Shown: positions 1 through 12,138 of the stretch, one piece after another | Layout of the letters: each line of letters begins with the position of its first letter | Numbering within the stretch: position 1 is the first letter of the stretch | Source of the DNA: Phallusia mammillata | Lineage: Eukaryota | Assembly (NCBI GenBank): GCA_965637545.1 | Contig: OZ281500.1 | Coordinates: 23,064,001 to 23,128,000, forward strand | Direction of reading: 5' to 3' | Length of the DNA stretch: 64,000 nt | The notes under the pieces: model-generated | Told to the model about the DNA's origin: nothing | The model's input: the letters and a program-made list of their open reading frames with translations, nothing else | Database searches by the model: none | Translations under genes and position numbers: made by a program

Positions 1-281
1 CAGAAGCAATACATAATGCTTGCTAGAATTAGGACACAATGCAGGTTTATAACAACCCAATATGTTTTACTAAACCACTGACATTAGAAGGGATAAGTGA
101 AATGAGGTATGTTACATCACACATATGTTGTGGTTGGCACACAAAAAATACCTAAGTAATTTGTACCATAAATAATAAGTTTTTGGACCCCTATTCGATT
201 AGACCACTTCTACCGACACTTTGGGTATAACAGTACAACTACAAAAAAAACACATATATAAAACAAGTGTTGAAAACTTAC

Positions 282-2915
282 AGAAACTGAGATTGTGTCT
301 CCTTTATTCACAAACACTTCTTGAGGTAGAAAATACACACTTTGCATCCAGTGGTCTCTCCAAGCTTGTTGTTTTCCATGTGGATGTAACCAGTATGGAG
401 CTGTGCTAAGGATATGTTTTCCTTCAGTGTCCATAGAAAGATCCCACCAGGACAGGACCGCCTTTAGGTAACAAAATATTTATCTATGAAAGGATTTAGT
501 TTAAGGATGTTTTGGAACAATCCTTGTTTTTGTCATAAACAATTGAATTGTATACTTGTAACAAAGTCGCAACAATACTGTTGGAAAAGCAAGCATTTGA
601 AATAAGGTTTCTCAGCAGCAAGTGATGTTGTTATTATAGACTATAGGAATTAGCCTGTGGTACAAGATTCTATTTTAACATGCCAAAAACTGATGATGGC
701 TTTTAAATAGGCAATATAATCTGTTTTCAAAGTTAATGATCAACTGGTGTTCTTTTGAAGTATTTTTGAACAATTTCTCAGCATGGTTTATTTGTAACTA
801 TTGTTTTAATATTTCCATCTTTGATGCTTAAGCTTACATTTGTATTTTTACATCTTACCTCTTCAAACAATTTATTCAAATGTTTATCAAGAGCAGATAA
901 AAGACTAACAACATCGGACACAACAAACTTACATGTGCTGTACCACTTTGCTTGGCCCCAATTTTTACTAAACTCCCCCTTGTTTCATCAGTCAATTTTT
1001 TACTGCTCCAGTCAAATTCAAAAACCTCAACAGGGTCAGTTAATTGAACAAGTTTTTCAACTGGGAACTGAGAGAGTTGAATGTCATGAACTGCAGGAAC
1101 TCCACAACCATCAGACAGGTCTGGGTTAGGCAGAACTTTGGTTCTAATTCCATTTAATTTGACACAGACTGGAAGCATTTTATGCCATGATAACATGAGG
1201 TCTGACTCCACAACTTGGATGTATGTTTTTGCCTTGTGTGGCACTGCAATGCAATTCTGTGGAGAAAAAAAAATTAAAATTTATTAGTAAGGTTTTTCAC
1301 TGTAAGCTTACAGCTTGCAAGTACAAAATATTGATAAAAATCTAAAACCATTATGAAATCGGAAAAAAATGTTTTAAGGTGTGCTTAAGCTAGCAATTAC
1401 CAGGAAAAGTTTATGCAAGACTTACATCTTCCACAAGATATTGATGAGCATGTTGGTATGACGACAAAGCTCCTTCACCAATCAGCTCTGTATCAAATAA
1501 TTCAGTCACTAAAATGTTTGCCTTCTCCTAACAAACAGAAGTAGTATTTTTTTAATTTTGAAAAAAATGAGAATACATTTCATACAGAAAAATCCATTTT
1601 ATATTCAATAATTTCTATTTAGGTTTACCTACAATTTCTGGCAAATATAAACTTACATATATATTCATTATAAATGTTTCACTTTTTTTTAAATAAATCT
1701 ATTTTACCTGCATATCTCCATCTGCGCCCAATATTACTTCATTAGAATGTTTATTGATGACTTTAATGTTCGTAAATCCATTGGCCTGGGTAATTTTTCT
1801 TGCAACATCAGCTACTGGGGTGAAAACCTAAAGCATAAAATTGTTTTTGCAACACAAGGTGCTAAATGGAATTAATAAAACCCCATGATGCACTTAATTT
1901 GGAGTACTGCAAAAATCAACAACAAACACTGCACTTACAATAGGGCAAATTTTAAAGACCTTTTTTATAATGGTGTCTAATGCATAATCAGGTCATTATA
2001 ACATTATACAAAGCAGTGATAAATAGTTGCACAGTGAATGCTTTGTTGTCAAATGTTTGTGATGAACCTTCGTGAAGAATTAGCTTTCCATCTAAATATT
2101 ACAGCCAATGCAGGTGTATTAATTTGTAACAACTGAAACATAACAAAAAGTACCAGATTGGACCAACAAGGCATGCCCTGCACATAAATTGTATTAATTC
2201 AAACCTCAATAGCAGTGATTTGTTCAGCTCCTGCTTTGGCTGCTATCATTGAAAGCAAACCAGTCCCAGTTCCAATATCAAGAACTCTACATTTCTCACC
2301 CCTAGCATGAACTCGACTGACAGCCTCTTTGATTGCGATGTGATAAAGTTGATTTCTCTCGCTGTCATGCAGCATGTCAGCATAAGATGACCGAGCGATA
2401 TCTAAACACAATACAACTATAACTTGTCACTTATATTAGAAAAAAACTTGGTCTGTAGTAATCCAGTTTGTTTCCACCTTTAGTAATACAAAAGAAAATA
2501 TATTTCACCTGTAAGCATCTTGAATTGTTGTAACAAGCAAAATGGTGCAAAAATTGACTGATAGGTACTTAATTTTAATTTTAAACACAATTACAAAAAA
2601 AATAGGGAATGAGTAAGATTGAAAAAAAATAAAAACATCAAAATAACGTTGGGTCACCATTTTAGCAAAAAAGAACGCAAACTTATAACACTACTTTTTG
2701 TTTATTATGGTGTTGACTACTCCAATCATACCTGTGAAATAATCATGTTCATCTTGACGTTCTGCAATCCATTCTTGTTTTCCTGTTGTCACGTTTGTTG
2801 TTTGAATGAAATTGTATTTTTCCTCGTCCATTTTGCAACAAGCAAAAGCTCGACTTTGTTTGTAAACCTTTGCTACCCTTGCATTAAAAACTGCTTTTAC
2901 AAAATACCGGAACAT
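282..2915 (-). CDS. PRMT7: Protein arginine N-methyltransferase 7, N-terminal module; gene continues beyond the left edge of the window
   Basis: Exons 2915(or 2831)-2732, 2401-2205, 1827-1708, 1527-1426, 1256-933, 461-282, all GT-AG and frame-consistent. Protein shows [27 protein letters not shown] motif [14 protein letters not shown], double-E loop [12 protein letters not shown] and the PRMT7-type DHW loop (WRDHWMQ). Confidence 0.96.
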
Positions 2916-3681
2916 AAAACTTACTCGGTTTCGACATTAATCTTCGTCTCTTAAATCAGGTTCGTTGTTTGTTCTTTCACTTTGTTGACAAAATTTTCTC
3001 ACGTGCTCTGTCAGAGAGCTTTTTGCATGATTCACGTGTTTTGTTGATCCAAACCTACAGGGTTTTGTCAAAACTTTGCATTTGAAAATGCTTGTTTGAG
3101 CTTCAACTTGCTTAAAAAACATTATTTATCAAGCACAAATATTAATCACTAAAATTGATTATTGACTGTTTCAAAAAAGATAAGAAAAAATAAATGTTTT
3201 TTAGTGGTAACGAAAGCAACCAGGCATTTCACTTTCGTGCAGACATAGCGGAAATAACAATTCTGGTGCTTTGATGATGTTGCAAAACAAACAACATATC
3301 AATGACGTTTGTCGAGAAAAAGAAAACACAAACGAAAAAAGGTCAGGTTGAGGCAAATGTCGTCGTGAAAAGGAAGCAGACATCATTTAAACGCATCACA
3401 AGCAGCATCTGCTGCAAAGTAGTTGGAGGCTTGAGTTCTGTGATAACTTTGAATGTCAATACTGCTGTGTACGTGAATAAGAAGAGTATGGAAGGCGAAT
3501 AAGGAGTTTTAATTCCATTGTTGATTATAAAATGAACAGTTTCTTGCCATTTAAAGTTGCATATACTTGTCAGATACTTTGTTAAGAAACTTGTCGTGCA
3601 GTTTAGGAATGCAGTTAAAATCTATGGGTGTATCCTGACTGTTATTCGTTTTTTTGTTGATATTTAGCCGATTTAATTGTC

Positions 3682-6600
3682 ATGATGCTAGCTGTAAGTA
3701 ATTCTACAATGGATGATGCAGTTTTTAGCACTTTGCCTTTCAAAGTAACCTCAACCGCAGTGAACGCCACAAAATGCCAAAACCGAAGGACTCCAGTGTT
3801 TCTGATATTTTCCATTCTACCATCGGTTTCAATGATCATAAACGGCTTTGTTCTCGTGGCTCTGATGTCATACAGGAGCAAGTTACGCCAGAATAACGTC
3901 TATGTGCATGTTGGTAGCACGTTACTGGCTAATATGGCGTTCTCCCTACTGGCTTTCTACCAAATTTTAAGCCTCTATTTCTCGTTGGACGGTCAAAAGA
4001 ATTTGGGCCATGACCACGAAGGCGCAGTAAGAGAAGATGTAAGAGTTTGGTGGTCCTTTTACAGGTAAAAATGCTGATTGCTAAATGTAACTACAGTAAA
4101 CCTCGGTAAATTCGGTTAATTCGGAGAAAAATGTGGTCCAAATGGTTTGTAATGTGGTAAGGCTTTAACTAATCGACATCGGTTAATCCGGATCCTCGCC
4201 TAATCTTGACAAAACTTGAGGTACAAATGATTTGTAATGTGGTAAGGAATAAACGACATGCATTAATCCAGATCTTCGCCTATTTGTTACAATTTTTTGG
4301 TGCAAACGGGTCCGGACTAACCGGGACGACTGACCCAAAGATAGCGTATTCAAGCTGTGCAAATTTAAAATATAACCGGGACGTCAACTCGAAAACACCG
4401 CACGTTTTAACCTTTGTACCCTGCTAATCCATTGTTTTTTAACCCCGGTTTCGTGAAAAGTTATTGTGGGTTCGACCTTCTATTTCATTGTTCCTATTTT
4501 TACTCGATCGATGAAGGTTAAATACGTTTTAGGGCCACAACCCAGAGGTGCACCTTTTTGCGGCCGCGGTGACGAGTTTATGCGGCCGTGAACATGACAA
4601 AGTATCTTTACTGTCGCGCGTCAGCCTTTGTAGAGTCATATGCCACTTTTTGTACGCCTATTTTGTGCAAACAATGCGAAGAAAGAGATACCACAAGCGT
4701 CGCAATATAGTTCGTGACGTTATAAACAGTTAAAATTGATCACCAGACTGTTCAGCTTAATCTGTGCATTAAAGTTAGGAAATAGTCTTGGTATTTCAGG
4801 CCCCCACTAGATAGGTATATATGAAATATACCTATTTATTTACATCAGTACTTTACAAACAAAAACAAGGAGACGCTTGGCGGCAATTGTGCAGCCCTGC
4901 CTTAACACAAAGGTTGAGAAACAAACGCTCAATTTATTATTTCAATATAGTCATGTAAACTAATTGGATTTGATGCATGCACACAGTTTATCATTGAATT
5001 TTTTAAGCCTTGTACTCTTCAGTTTCGATTTTCATTGTCTTACGTGTGTTTATCGCTATCCATTATTACGTCACAGAGCTCTGGTCACCGCCATGTTCCT
5101 TATAATTTGTGGCAACATCGGAATTCTTGTTTCCTCGATCCGGGACACTACTCACGCTCCACTGCTCTTCGGGTCACGTGCTTTGGAGTTGAATTCTTCC
5201 AGTGACTCAACAATGGATGAGGGAAGAAAATTGGCCAAACTTCTTTCTGGTGAGTTCGATAAATAAAAAGAACACAATAGAAAAACCGTAGTTCAACGTC
5301 ATAATCAGGCCTGCCATACGTCCTCTTTTCGAAGGACATGTCCTCCTTTGTAACAAAAAACAAGTTGTCCTCCAAAGACAAGAAAAAGTGCCAATGAATT
5401 TCTGATTTACCAAATACATCTATACATATTCAGCTTATTTTTTACAGAATATACAGGTGGATTTTACATATTTTGAAAATACAAGCTTATTTTAGTGTTG
5501 TGATAATATAAACGTTAAACTTTATCCAAACTATTCTATACCGTCTAATTTCCTAGGCTTTTTTTGGGAGCCCCTAAAGTATTTTTTTCTTTTTAACAAT
5601 GTGTCCTCCTTTTTGGGGATGGAAATATAGTAGGCTGTAATCCCGTCATAATCCCGTGGCTTCCTGAAAACATCGTGCATTTAACTAAAATGACAACTTT
5701 AGTAATAGATCAAAACCATTAACAGCATTTCTTAAACTGACGATCACTGTTTGCCTTTTTAGCTATAATACAGTAAAACCAATCCTTGGTAAAACAGAAC
5801 CAGTCGGTTCAAATAAAGAAATATATATTTCGCCAATGTGGCAGCATCAGTTCCTGGAAATCGAAATACAAATCGATATAAACATAAGTGCGAAAACAAA
5901 CACGCTAAAATAAATAAAAGCAGTAAAACAGTAAAACAAGATATTACTGTTTCAAACGCCGGTAGGTGCCTTTTTCTGCCAGCCGTTGGAATCACCTGCA
6001 TGCGCGTGCCGATATTACTTTTCTTATCTTTATTTTTTCTCCCTTGATTCCGTGCCCAGAGTTGCGCTTGTGTTGTTTGGGTTTTGAGGTTGGTTCAGAT
6101 AGCGTTGACAGTTTGAAACAGTAATATCTTGTTTTAGTGTTTTACTGCTTTTATTTATTTTAGCTTCTTTGTTTTCGCACTCATTTTTATATCGATTTGT
6201 ATTTCGATTTCCAAGAACTGATGATGCCACATTGGCGAAATATATATTCCTTTATTTGAACCGACTGCTTCTGTTTTACAAAGGATTTTATAGTCCGTTG
6301 GTTTAACTGTGTTCTAGGATAAATTTTCAACCACGAGAAAAGTTTAAACGTTTTTCAAAGGCATACGAATATTCCTCTCTTTAAATTTACTTTTGTCGAT
6401 ATATACTACACTGGCCAAAAAAAATCATAAAAACATACAAGCTGCGTGAGGCGTATTTGGTATGTGTCACACCCGATTCAGTTGGATAATGTACATCAAA
6501 CGGTGTAAAATTTGGTGGAAGTGTCAATCATCTTCGTACGTATGCCAGATCATAGGATAACAACACACAGGCGACTGTTTGAATTCAATTCTGCTGATTC

Positions 6601-8948
6601 GCCATATCCTGGGTGTAGCAACCGCGAAACGCAACCAACTGATGTGGTTTTTCGGTTTCCGTAGGTGCAAGATTGATTGACAAACTAGAAAACGCAATCT
6701 AAGCAATCTGTGCAAATTTTAGCGACCACTACTATGTGTGTTTGATAAATCGGGGTAAAAGTTGGGTATAGTAGACGTTATACTGGATAGGGTTTTGAAA
6801 AAGTCTATAAATATACTGCATTTTTTACAGAAATGGTTTCAAAACTGCAGTACGCGAATGCATGGAAATCCCTGTTTAAACGGCTTTGGAAAAAATAACG
6901 TTGTCAAAAATGCACCTGTAAAAAGCAAAACATGCTACTTTTTTTACGTCGTGAGCCAGTATTAGTAAGACACAACAATTATTTTTAAATGCTCCTAAAA
7001 TTGAGTGTTTTCGCAAAGAGAACGCAGTTTGAACGTTATTCCACAATTAGCTGAATGATATAATAAAAAGCAACTTACTGGCTTTGAATCATTCTGAAGT
7101 TTAAACTGATAAACACGAAGAAGTGATTGTGATAAAAAGTCGTTTATGACAAACATCAGTTGAAGACTTTTCGTCGAACTTTCACCATTTACTTTTTTTA
7201 ACTTTATTGTAGGTTTCGATCGTAAACGACGTCATCGTCGCACATGGGTCTTGATCGCCCTCGTGTGGATTCTCCCACTCATCTTTGTTACGAGCGCTCC
7301 TCTTGGATGGAGTTGCGCCTACTCATGCATCTGCTTGTCGGGTTGCTACCCCAGAGATGAGCTTGATTCGCTGGAAAGAAGGGCATGTTCGAGGGTGTGG
7401 CCTCCCATGCGTTACGATTGGTTGGTTGTCAGCATCGGTCTGTGGTTTATCTCAGTGGTTGTCGTTATTGCCATCTTGTGGAGGACCGTGACCGACACAA
7501 AGCGGCATTTCCGCTACTGCAGCATCAGGTCTAGAAAGAGCTATGTTAAAAAATCGTATGTCAGTGTAAATTGGTGCCAAAACACATTATTTTAAATCCA
7601 ATAAAGACTTACAAGAACAAAATGTCAATTAATACTAATTTTATCACTCATCGCTAAGTTTCGTTTTCAGTAAAGCTGCTTTTGTTTGGAAGTTATAGTG
7701 TACCCACGACCAACTTTTCTTTTTTTCCAGGGTCAAAAAAGAAGCCGACCGGCCAACGACCCAAGGTTTAAAGTCAAACGAGGACAAAACTATCTCAGTC
7801 ACAACTCACCTAACTGGCACCGCTGATGACGTTATATCTCCTGTTGTTGACGTAAAAGAAACACGTCACAGATCGCTGATCCGATCCCATCAGGTTCTAG
7901 TGAGTGCCTGCCAGCATGGGGGAAATGGGTTTATAGATGGGTTTATAGGACAGAATACTGTAGTTACGATTGTCAGTCATCTAGCAATCCAGTTTGAATA
8001 ACGTACAGTTGATTTTCGGTTTTTTTTACAAGAATTTACCCAGGATAAATATAATAACTGAAGAAAAACACAAGAACTTAACCTTCCTGATTCAAATTTT
8101 TTAACATAATCATCCGTGAAATATTAAAACTGCCAAAAAAGCTAGATTTTTTAGCCTGCGCTTTGTCACATGGGAATGCTTGGTGACCGGCTGATTCTGT
8201 ATAACGTCTTTAATAAGCCTAAAGTACTGTGATAAAACTGCACAAAAACGAAAAAACTAACCAAATTTTGTCGCGTTTGTATCAATTTTTGTGCATTTTT
8301 AAATAAGACTATTCCCGCCTCTAGCTATTAAAACTGAATTTGCGATTGAAACAAAAATAAAATAGAGTTATGTTCAACAAAAACAGATGTTGTCAGGAGT
8401 CCTCAAATTAGAAGAGTAAGAAAACAAACCAAATGACCCTTAACTTATATCTGCAGCGTCGTACACTGAGCAGTTTAAGGTTTATCATCTGGATCATCGC
8501 GCTGTTCGTCTTCAGTACTGCACCAGTGATGGCATTGATGTTGTACGATTACTTTTCTGTTGAGAACCCAAGCATGGTTCTTGGTAACAGCTGCCTTTGT
8601 GTCACATTTGTCTACTGCTGGGTCTGTCCGTTCTTGCTTGCCAAGTGTCTTCCAGGAATAAGGTCAGTATCTTTTTTGCTGCTCATTGTTTACTTTACTG
8701 TACACAATATTTTTGGTAGACAGACTTTTTGTTACAGTTTTTGTTCAGGGAAAAACTTTGTGCATCATTTTTTGTAATTGGAAACACTGTTTGTTACTAT
8801 TTTTTCTTTGTTTTCAAACATCTTATTTGATATGAACTTTTTTAGACAAGCATTCATTTCTCTGGCGCTGCAAGTGGGCAAAACTGGCAGTAGCAAACGC
8901 AGTGAAATGAAATCTACATCGACCATGAAAAGCAGAAGTGATTTCTAA
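3682..8948 (+). CDS. Divergent class-A-like 7TM receptor (G1), about 449 aa, EDG/cannabinoid-receptor-like features
   Basis: Exons 3682-4064, 5077-5249, 7213-7528, 7731-7899, 8457-8662, 8846-8948 (1350 nt, frame-consistent). Seven hydrophobic segments, N-terminal sequons (NST, NAT), TM1 IING, TM4 VWILP, ECL2 GWSC..CSRVWPP, TM7 CPFLL followed by helix-8-like LPGIR. Confidence 0.88.
4139..4283. repeat. Diverged tandem duplication of about 65 bp in G1 intron 1
   Basis: CAAATG(G/A)TTTGTAATGTGGTAAGG...CGACAT...TTAATCC(G/A)GATC(C/T)TCGCCTA occurs twice about 85 bp apart. Confidence 0.75.
5306..5637. mobile_element. Possible degenerate hAT (Blackjack-like) MITE in G1 intron 2
   Basis: Imperfect ends CAGGCCTGCCATACGTCC / GGAAATATAGTAGGCTG and internal direct repeat TGTCCTCCTTT; TSD not convincing. 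Confidence 0.35.
5781..6287. repeat. Long inverted repeat (foldback): arms 5781-5957 and 6111-6287, 153-bp spacer
   Basis: 177-bp arms, about 10 mismatches and no indels by manual alignment; explains the near-identical ORFs 5838..6047(+) and 6030..6230(-). Confidence 0.92.
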
Positions 8949-11900
8949 GCTGGAAATGTATCAACACATACACTAAAATTTGCCACAGGAAAAACCAAAT
9001 ATATTTATGAGGACCAAATCTGCAACAAAGAATCAACACACTTAAATGGCGTTGATTGATAGCACTTAGTTGTTGCTATGGTAGTAAATTTTAATTTAGG
9101 CGATAATGCAATATTGTAATAGATGAAAACACTAAAACACATTCTCAGATTGGAACAGATCTACTTAAAATGATCCTTGTCGTTAATGTGTTGTCAAGAT
9201 TAAGACTTGTGTCTAAATGCTACTAACGTTCAACGTTTTTACCCTGTGTATTGCTGTTGTCGTCTGTTTTGTTGTGTGTTTTTTTATGTTTACGCAAAAA
9301 TCCATGTTGTGTAGAGATTTTAAAAGTATAAGAAATTTTTTTGCACATTTGGCAAACTAAGCAAGATATTCGTTATTTTTTTTGATTTTGACTCAAATTT
9401 GATTTAGTTTGTCACTATTTAACCTATTACACTTATTTTTATTGGTTTAAATCTTTCTAAATACAAACACACTTTCTACAAAGTAAAAATTATTATTTTC
9501 TTTGGAAACAACATTTCACTAAAATAAAGCGCGCATTCCACATAATCAGCGTTGATACGTCACACAGAGCGCATTGTTTGAATTGTCAGACTGATTGAGC
9601 AACAACAATTTAGTTAAACGGAGCTAGCTAGTAACATTTGTGCGAAGTAGCTTCGATTTTGTATTGCTGAATGTGGAACTTCGGAAACTGTTTCAGTCTT
9701 TGCTAGATTGTTGCAGTTTAAGTAGGCTAAAGTTAAGCCAGTTAGCATTGGTATTTGACATTTACAGCTTGTTTACCAAGGGAAGAATAAATTTCTTGCT
9801 TGGCTCCTAACGCTTCATTTTTGATTGGTGAGTTGTATGAGTTTTTGTCATTTTACTTACAGTGTTAATGGTTATCCTTGAGTTACGAAACGGAAGATAT
9901 ACCAAACCAAGAATTAGATTAGGTGTGGGGATTACAGTTAGTTTGCTGCTGATTTTTAACATTAAGTTATGTACGCCTGTGAAAACCATAGTCAGTTGTG
10001 TGTTTCAAAACTGTTCTGTATATAAAGTAGCACTGCAGTTTGATTTGCCATATTAACGTAAGATATGACTGAAAACTTATACTGAGAAATTAACTGCTCA
10101 AAAAAACGTCCAAGCACATTTATAGGCAATGTTATGTGTTATATTTAACGTCTTGTAAAGCTATAAAAACATGCTTCAGTATACTAACGGATTATAAGCG
10201 CCTGTTATGCATTTTAGTGTTTTATTAAGAGATAGTTTGTGTGCTCTAGCCAGTTAACAAGTAACCTGCATGGGTCAAACAAATGGGGAAAATATGCTAA
10301 AACATGATAAAGTAAAGCTAAAAAGAACCAGACTGTGGATTACTATGTGGATTTTAACCTGTTTGCAAATGTATTGCAGAAGGTTGCAGTCAAGTACATT
10401 TGTTTTGTTGTAGTAGCTGTTTTATTTAAGCTGATTTTTTTGCTTTATTTTGAATATTTTGTTTGTTTTTGATATTTACTTTTGTTTTGATGTCTAAGAG
10501 AAGATAAACGGAATATTCTTAGGGGCGTTTGTACCGAAAAAATAGTTATTTTTTGGCGTTTTTTGAATCCCGCCGCAGTTTCAAAACCAACAATAACTTA
10601 TCTTTAACAAATGTTTTTCTACAATCGGGCACAGTTTTCAAAATAGAACAGCATTTTAACTAGAACATGTTTTAGCTACTGTATTTGCGATGGCATACCT
10701 CTGTTGCATTGTGTTGTGTTGTAAAGTCCCCCAAAAGAGTACTGTTAATGGAAAAAAAGTTGAGGCCCCACTAACACAGTTGCAACAGCAATGATTTCCT
10801 ATTTAGTTAACTTGCTGAATCGCAATGCATGTAACAATGGCTATTGATGATCATGATCAGTGTTACGTAATAAGTGACGGAAGTCTTGACTCTTGTTTGG
10901 AATTTTTGCAGCTTCAGCAAAACTTCACGTTTCATGTTGATCGTGCAGTTTGTTTACAAGCTGAATTCGCTGATTGCGTGAAAACACGATAGTATTTGCC
11001 TCATTGACTTGAGCTAGACTTTGTACCGAACACACACCACAACTAGACGCGAATAAAGAGTATACCAAATTACATGATCTATACATTTACATTTTTCTGT
11101 TTCAAACCTAGACCGCCTTTTCTTTGTCGATTTTACCTCTTGAAAACATGTTGCAATATTTGTTATTGTTGTTTGTCGGAATTGACATCATATTTCGTCA
11201 AAACCTTATTTTTTTCAACAACAAAAATCAAAAACCTTGCCCTAACTAGGCTATGGTTTCGACGATTACTTCCATGTGTCTTCAAGGTTCTTTCTATTGT
11301 GAATTACGCTTCTTGTAGTTTTTTTTTTTCTTTTCACGCTTTTATACCCTGAAGGGCCGCCATAACAATGAAAATTGTCATGTTTTTACCAGCGTATAGT
11401 GCTGTGTTTTTGGCAAGTTTTGATGGTTACGTTTGCACATCACTTTTAAAAGCAGCAGTAGTCGCTACACAGGTTGTATCTCTGTAAAGAACGTATGTGT
11501 GGAATATGTTCTATTGCTGTTTGCTTAACATTTTCTTAAAACCACAAGGTGATGCAAAACACGTGTTTTCTGGCAGCTAACAACGGATTTGCAACTGTGT
11601 AGACTTCCTAATAGAGTTGTGTATGCGTTATGGACATTTTAAAGACTAACTAAAAACAACTTTTAGGTATATATTTATTACATGTTGCACTTTGTGTTTG
11701 ACCAACTGTAACATTTCTTCGATGTAAAAAAACAACGAAAAGTAATTGCTGTTTAATAGCAGCCTACAGAAAACAATAACATTGAGAAGCAAACATTTCA
11801 TAACAGTAATCAACGCACACAGTATCTTCTGACAGTTAATATTGATAGTTGGATATACATACGGTTCTTGCGGAAAAAATCACAAATGGTAGAACACATC

Positions 11901-12138
11901 ACACATTGAACTTTGAATACATGGTAAATAACTCAATTTTTACAAAGTAATAGAAGTATTTAACTAGTTTATAAACTTTATGTTTAACACTGGGCAAAAA
12001 TTGGTAAAAATAGAAAAATGGATAGAATATAACAATGCAGAAAATAACATTCACTTATTACACTGGTGTCGTACAAAAAAGCATTAAAATCACATGTAAT
12101 CATTACAAACACACTATTCCGACCAAATCCTGTTTTAC

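Noticed and set aside
2937-3122. 61-aa minus-strand ORF ending just before PRMT7 (possible operon partner)
   Set aside because: No recognisable homology and no supportable upstream exons; more simply 5' UTR/promoter sequence.
5759-6230. Two near-identical small ORFs (MAASVPGNRN.. / MASSVLGNRN..) suggesting a duplicated peptide gene
   Set aside because: They are the two arms of the intronic inverted repeat and start at GTG; no coding evidence.
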